This document shows, one piece after another, positions 24,271 to 28,537 of a stretch of 28,537 nucleotides of DNA. The position numbers and the translations under genes were made by a program. The notes beneath the pieces are model-generated. The model did not search any database, was not told the origin of the DNA, and saw only the letters and a list, made by a program, of their open reading frames with translations. The stretch is taken from the NCBI GenBank assembly GCA_943359425.1, contig CALRHN010000001.1:1-28537 (forward strand), read 5' to 3'. The DNA comes from Candidatus Nomurabacteria bacterium (GTDB lineage: Bacteria; Patescibacteriota; Minisyncoccia; Phycocordibacterales; UBA9973). The number at the start of each line of letters is the position of its first letter. Position 1 is the first letter of the stretch.

Positions 24271-25182
24271 ATGAGAAATTTCTTTACCCAAAAAGTCACC
24301 TGGTCGCTCTTTTTCTCTGTCATTACGATCATCGTCGGATTCGGCTGTTGGGGCTACGGCATCTATCACTACGCGCAGACACTAGCAAAGCTCGACGAGA
24401 CAACGCGAGAATTATCTGATCGGCAGATCGCCTCGCAAGAGAGGATGAAAGGATTGGAAGACAGACTGGCCAGCCTCGAAGGCGCCAACAGCAATCTCAT
24501 GGGCGCGCTGAAAACAGAACAAGAGAAGACCGGCTCTACGCTCGAACAGATCGGTCAGATCTCGAACACCGTCGGCGTGCTGTCGAAGCTCTCCAAGACT
24601 GATCCGGAATTGTTGAAAAAATATTCGAAGGCGTATTTCCTGAACGAACACTATGTTCCCCTTTCTCTCGCTACCATTGATTCGCAATATTTGAGCAATC
24701 CAAAAGCAACGCTCCAGATCCACGCCAGCGTCTGGCCATACCTGCAGAGATTGCTCGTTGCCGGACAGACGAACGGAATGCACATGCAAATCCTCTCGGC
24801 ATACCGCTCATTCGGCACACAGGCAGTCTTGAAGTCGGCATATCGGATCACCTACGGCGCGGGAACAGCAAATGCTTTCTCGGCAGAGCAGGGATATTCG
24901 GAGCACCAGCTGGGAACCACTATCGATTTCACAACACCAGCCATCGGCTCTGCATTGACCGGTTTCGACAAGACTTCCGAGTATCAGTGGCTTCTCGATA
25001 ATGCCTATCAATACGGATTCGTCATATCCTATCCGAAGGAAAATACGTTCTATACATTCGAACCGTGGCACTGGAGATTCGTCGGCGTAGCGCTGGCGAC
25101 GAGACTGCACCAGTCCAACCAATATTTCTACGCAATGGATCAGCGCGAGATCGACAACTACCTCGCAAATATCTTCGACTAA
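24271..25182 (+). CDS. Membrane-anchored M15B (VanY-like) D-alanyl-D-alanine carboxypeptidase (303 aa)
   Basis: N-terminal TM helix, coiled coil, then ILSAYRS, SEHQLGTTIDF (SxHxxGxxxD) and EPWHWRFVG (ExWH) zinc motifs. Confidence 0.9.
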   Translation: MRNFFTQKVTWSLFFSVITIIVGFGCWGYGIYHYAQTLAKLDETTRELSDRQIASQERMKGLEDRLASLEGANSNLMGALKTEQEKTGSTLEQIGQISNTVGVLSKLSKTDPELLKKYSKAYFLNEHYVPLSLATIDSQYLSNPKATLQIHASVWPYLQRLLVAGQTNGMHMQILSAYRSFGTQAVLKSAYRITYGAGTANAFSAEQGYSEHQLGTTIDFTTPAIGSALTGFDKTSEYQWLLDNAYQYGFVISYPKENTFYTFEPWHWRFVGVALATRLHQSNQYFYAMDQREIDNYLANIFD

Positions 25183-25205
25183 GGAAAGAAAAATATGTTT
25201 CTTGC

Positions 25206-25245
25206 TCGCGTAATTAACAAGACGGTCGTCTTGTTAATTACGCGA
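25206..25245. repeat. 40-bp palindrome (ACGATCGT family variant)
   Basis: TCGCGTAATTAACAAGACG-gt-CGTCTTGTTAATTACGCGA, 19-bp perfect arms. Confidence 0.85.
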
Positions 25246-25264
25246 TTGAAACCACTCCTGAGTC

Positions 25265-25296
25265 TTTTTGACAAAATGAGTCAAAAAGGTTATTAT
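25265..25296 (+). promoter_or_regulatory. Near-consensus sigma70 promoter with an inverted repeat over the -35
   Basis: TTGACA(25268-73)-17-TATTAT(25291-96); IR TTTTTGAC-N7-GTCAAAAA (25265-25287). Confidence 0.7.
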
Positions 25297-25322
25297 GCTT
25301 GCGAAACAAAAACAAAATAATC

Positions 25323-25859
25323 ATGACAAAAGAAAAAACAGTATTACGAGTTACGGGCAAGATGCTCGAGACTCTTGCGCACATGCTAGCGCTGTTCGGC
25401 CTCAAAGAAGGCGAACGATTTACAAAAAACGGAAAGCACTATGTCGTGTACGCCAATCCGGCAAATGCGATGTTTGCAAACTTATTCCTCGTCCACGCGA
25501 CATGGGAAGAAGATTTTCAGACGAAAGACAGTGTGAAGACCGTAGAATTCCACCAACTCATTCTGCTGAAAACAAACCCCGTAAAACTCGCCGACATCAA
25601 TACTGAACTGAATCAATACTATCGGGGAACGGCTTCGGTGTTCAATACGGAAAAAGAAACGAAGGAGCAGTTTCGGAAATACAAAGAAAGCATACTGCAA
25701 ATCGTATATCCGAAGGGTATCATGTTGCCGGTACCGGAATCGGTAGGAATAGTGGTTCGCTATATGGAAGACAGCCTCAATCACGGCACGTATGACATAT
25801 TCAGCAAGGGCAAAAGAATCGTTATCGAAGGAGAAAAGCTCAAAAAGATACAGAGCTGA
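25323..25859 (+). CDS. Hypothetical protein (178 aa)
   Basis: AT-richer ORF with its own promoter and terminator; no motif recognised. Alternative start 25299. Confidence 0.7.
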   Translation: MTKEKTVLRVTGKMLETLAHMLALFGLKEGERFTKNGKHYVVYANPANAMFANLFLVHATWEEDFQTKDSVKTVEFHQLILLKTNPVKLADINTELNQYYRGTASVFNTEKETKEQFRKYKESILQIVYPKGIMLPVPESVGIVVRYMEDSLNHGTYDIFSKGKRIVIEGEKLKKIQS

Positions 25860-25879
25860 GACAACAGAAAAAATGGAAG

Positions 25880-25915
25880 GGGTTAATTCGTCAAAGAGTT
25901 AACCCTTTTCTTTTT
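25880..25915 (+). terminator. Intrinsic terminator of the hypothetical gene
   Basis: GGGTTAATTC-gtcaaa-GAGTTAACCC followed by TTTTCTTTTT. Confidence 0.65.
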
Positions 25916-25928
25916 AGCATAATAAAAA

Positions 25929-25954
25929 CAAAAATCCCCTTTCGGGGATTTTTG
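25929..25954 (-). terminator. Intrinsic terminator of the rpsD-rpsI operon
   Basis: CAAAAATCCCC-tttc-GGGGATTTTTG (GAAA tetraloop on the minus strand). Confidence 0.85.
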
Positions 25955-25972
25955 TGGTGAGTTTTCTTTGGT

Positions 25973-26404
25973 TTAACGCTTGGACCATTGCGGAGCCTTA
26001 CGGGCTTTCTTGAGACCGAATTTGCGGCGCTCTTTCGCTCGGGGGTCGCGTTTGAGGAATCCGGCCTGTTTGAGGCGTCCCCGGATCTCGAGGTCGCTGT
26101 CTACGAGGGCGCGAGAGATGCCGTGACGGATAGCTTCGGCTTGGGAATGAACACCGCCACCGGAGACGACTACCGTGATCTCAAATGTCGGAGCGTACTT
26201 CGTCTTCTCGAACGGGTCGTTCACGATGGCGACGAGTTCAGTCGTCTTGAAATATTCGGAAACTTTCTTGCCGTTGACGACGAAAGTATTCTTCGGAGCA
26301 GGGGTAATACGGACGCGGGCAGTCGATGTCTTGCGGCGGCCGACAGCTTCGATGTATTTCTTCTTGTCTGCACTCTTTGCAGTTGTCTTTTTTTCTTTAT
26401 CCAT
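25973..26404 (-). CDS. rpsI: 30S ribosomal protein S9
   Basis: AVGRRKTSTARV, VSGGGVHSQAEAIRHGISRAL, RDPRAKERRKFGLKKARKAPQWSKR. Confidence 0.98.
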   Translation of the reverse strand: MDKEKKTTAKSADKKKYIEAVGRRKTSTARVRITPAPKNTFVVNGKKVSEYFKTTELVAIVNDPFEKTKYAPTFEITVVVSGGGVHSQAEAIRHGISRALVDSDLEIRGRLKQAGFLKRDPRAKERRKFGLKKARKAPQWSKR

Positions 26405-26405
26405 A

Positions 26406-26765
26406 TTATTCGGTAACGGTTAATTTCTTCATTCTGATAGGGCGCAGACGATTCGACGGAAGCATGCCATAGACTGCGAGCGTGAATATCTCGCCGTAGC
26501 CGCGGCGTTTTGCGAGAGCTTCGAGCGGCTCGCTCTTCAGTCCTCCCGGATATCCGCTGTACGTCTTGTATTCTTTCTCTTTCATCTTGCGCTCGTCGAT
26601 CTTTGCCTTGCTTGCGTTCACGATCGTGACAGAAACGTCGCTTGCGATGTTACGGCGATAGGACGGGCTCTTCTTGCCCATGAGAGCCATAGCGGCTTCA
26701 CTCGCGATGCGGCCGATTGCCTTGCCCTTGGCGTCTATAATGTATGTAGAAGGGAGTGTGTTCAT
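26406..26765 (-). CDS. rplM: 50S ribosomal protein L13, short form (119 aa)
   Basis: IIDAKGKAIGRIASEAA..LMGK, YSGYPGGLK, AVYGMLPSNRL. Confidence 0.93.
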   Translation of the reverse strand: MNTLPSTYIIDAKGKAIGRIASEAAMALMGKKSPSYRRNIASDVSVTIVNASKAKIDERKMKEKEYKTYSGYPGGLKSEPLEALAKRRGYGEIFTLAVYGMLPSNRLRPIRMKKLTVTE

Positions 26766-26769
26766 GGTT

Positions 26770-27123
26770 TTATACAAATTCGATTACAGCCATCTTGCTG
26801 CTGTCCGACTTGCGCGGAGCGATCTTGGTAATGCGGGTATAGCCTCCTTTGCGTTCAATGTATCGGGGTGCGATCTCGTCAAAAAGCATTTTTGTTGCGA
26901 TCTTCGAGTTATACATACGAGCGAGAACGAGGCGCTTGTTGGCGACAGTGTTTACTTTCGCGCGAGTAACCAATTTCTCGATCGCAGGGCGCAGTTCGCG
27001 AGCCTTTGCATCAGTCGTGGTCATTTTGCCATGCTTGATCAATGAGAGCATGAGGGATTTCATGAGGGCGTTGCGTTGGTTCTTCTCGCGGCCGAATTTT
27101 CTGTTGTGATTGCTGTGTCGCAT
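26770..27123 (-). CDS. rplQ: 50S ribosomal protein L17
   Basis: MRHSNHNRKFGR...TTDAKARELRPAIEKLVT...RKGGYTRITK...MAVIEFV. Confidence 0.97.
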   Translation of the reverse strand: MRHSNHNRKFGREKNQRNALMKSLMLSLIKHGKMTTTDAKARELRPAIEKLVTRAKVNTVANKRLVLARMYNSKIATKMLFDEIAPRYIERKGGYTRITKIAPRKSDSSKMAVIEFV

Positions 27124-27143
27124 GGTGGTGGATTAAAAAATTA

Positions 27144-28115
27144 TTACTTCAAAGTGATACCGTAGTTAGACAAGACACGCTTGATCTCTTGGATGCCTTT
27201 CTCGCCGATTCCTTCGATCTCGAGAAGATCTTCTTTCTTCTTGCGAGCGACTCCGCCGACAGTGCGGATATTCGCGCCCTGGAGGGCGTTCAAGGTTCGG
27301 GTCGAGAGCGAGAGGGTGTCGATGCGAGTCTTCAAGACGTCGCTCATGTCTTCTTTCTTGGCAGCATCATCTTCAGATTTCTCCCCTTCAGCGCTCTCGG
27401 ACGGAGCAGAAACTTCTTCGAGTTTGAAGTCGAAGATGGCCTGGAGCTGGAGGATCATGATCTCGATGGAACGGCGGAGGGCTTCGCGCGGAGCTATGGT
27501 GCCGTCAGTCTCGATAGCGATGCGGAGGCGGTTGTGGTTCGTCTTGTCGCCGACGCGCATGTTCTCGACTTCGTAGGAAACGCGGCGGATCGGAGTGAAG
27601 ATAGCATCGAGAGCGATGGTGCCGATATCGACTTTCGCTTTCTGGTGGACATCGCGAGGAACGAAACCGAGGCCTTTCTCGATCGTCATTTCGATGTCGA
27701 GGTTAGCGCTCTTGTCAGTCAGTTCGGCAAGGTGGAGTTCAGGGTTGAGGATCTCAACCTGACCGCCGGCCTTGATGTCGCCTGCAGTGACGGATTTTAC
27801 ACCTTTGACGGAGAGAGTGACGACTTGGGATTCTTCGGAGAGGAGTTTGAAGCGGAGTTTCTTGATATTCAAAAGAAGGACGACGACGTCTTCCTTCATG
27901 CCCGACAATGTCGAAAATTCGTGGCTGACGCCTGCGATTTTCACCGACGTAATAGCCGCGCCCGGAAGCGAGGAGAGAATGATGCGGCGGAGGCTGTTGC
28001 CCAATGTGTGTCCGTAGCCCGGATAGAGGTTATCTATCTCGTAGACGCCCTTCATCTCCTCTTCGGAGACGATGCGAGGCTTTGAAGGCAAAAGAATTGT
28101 GTGTGATGATGACAT
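27144..28115 (-). CDS. rpoA: RNA polymerase subunit alpha
   Basis: GYGHTLGNSLRRIILSSLPGAAIT, HEFSTLSGMKED, LDAIFTPIRRVSYEVE, alpha-CTD LSLSTRTLNAL. Confidence 0.98.
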   Translation of the reverse strand: MSSSHTILLPSKPRIVSEEEMKGVYEIDNLYPGYGHTLGNSLRRIILSSLPGAAITSVKIAGVSHEFSTLSGMKEDVVVLLLNIKKLRFKLLSEESQVVTLSVKGVKSVTAGDIKAGGQVEILNPELHLAELTDKSANLDIEMTIEKGLGFVPRDVHQKAKVDIGTIALDAIFTPIRRVSYEVENMRVGDKTNHNRLRIAIETDGTIAPREALRRSIEIMILQLQAIFDFKLEEVSAPSESAEGEKSEDDAAKKEDMSDVLKTRIDTLSLSTRTLNALQGANIRTVGGVARKKKEDLLEIEGIGEKGIQEIKRVLSNYGITLK

Positions 28116-28146
28116 AATAAAATATGATGCGCGTTAATTGCTAAAA

Positions 28147-28537
28147 CTAACGACTATAGAATTCGAGCACTGCGTTCCAGTTAAGGAATGCTTCCGTGTT
28201 CTTGGGCTTGTTCACGATCTTCGCCTCAATCTTGGCGATGTCGAGCGTGAGCCAGTCCGGCCATTTATACGTCTTCAATTTCTTGTCGAGGTCGGTGAAG
28301 AGAACGCTCTTCTTGCTGCCTTCCCGAGCAGCGACGACATCTCCGATCTTGAGGGCATATGATGGGATCGTGACTTTGGTGCCGTTAACCGTAAAGTGTC
28401 CGTGAGAGACCATCTGGCGGGCGAGCGCGCGAGTGTGTGCGAGGCCGAGACGAAAGACAGTGTTGTCGAGACGGGATTCGAGCTGTTCATAAAGCGTCAC
28501 GGCGACTGGGGCTCCGCGCTTTGCCGTGGCATGCTTC
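28147..28537 (-). CDS. rpsD: 30S ribosomal protein S4, C-terminal part (start outside the window)
   Basis: LESRLDNTVFRLG...ARQMVSHGHFTVNG..V.IPSY...EFYSR. The frame stays open upstream of the track start (KHATAKRGAPVA). Confidence 0.96.
   Translation of the reverse strand, partial: KHATAKRGAPVAVTLYEQLESRLDNTVFRLGLAHTRALARQMVSHGHFTVNGTKVTIPSYALKIGDVVAAREGSKKSVLFTDLDKKLKTYKWPDWLTLDIAKIEAKIVNKPKNTEAFLNWNAVLEFYSR

Noticed and set aside
1-28537. Alternative genetic code (TGA=Gly as in Gracilibacteria/Absconditabacteria)
   Set aside because: Conserved genes are uninterrupted under code 11, and TGA ends ORFs at expected positions (e.g. the Nramp/cysS ATGA overlap).

Overview
Chromosomal window of a genome-reduced bacterium, most likely Patescibacteria/CPR (Parcubacteria-like). 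This is an inference from the short L13, a PaaX-like wHTH protein, stand-alone membrane sensor modules and the absence of Shine-Dalgarno motifs; TGA is used as stop, so genetic code 11. The housekeeping backbone is trpS (partial), dnaB, recR, rplU, cysS, dnaJ, dnaK, grpE and rpsD(partial)-rpoA-rplQ-rplM-rpsI. Accessory blocks interrupt it: (1) two tandem secreted Kelch-like beta-propeller paralogs with different C-terminal domains, one resembling a type IV pilin head; (2) a split sensor module (membrane sensor, small protein, soluble GAF histidine kinase); (3) a putative agmatine/polyamine-conjugate locus with a NodU/CmcH carbamoyltransferase, two unrelated arginine decarboxylases (PLP and pyruvoyl), a glutathionylspermidine-synthetase-like ATP-grasp ligase and a PQ-loop-like membrane protein; (4) small genes inserted in the grpE-dnaK-dnaJ cluster. 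At least five kinds of small palindromic elements are present, including an 18-bp palindrome inserted in frame in two unrelated proteins and a family of loop-less 40-44 bp palindromes. About ten genes have a -10 box only 6-8 nt before the start codon, suggesting leaderless transcripts. No rRNA, tRNA, CRISPR array, transposase or integrase was recognised. All family calls come from motif recognition by eye, with no database searches.
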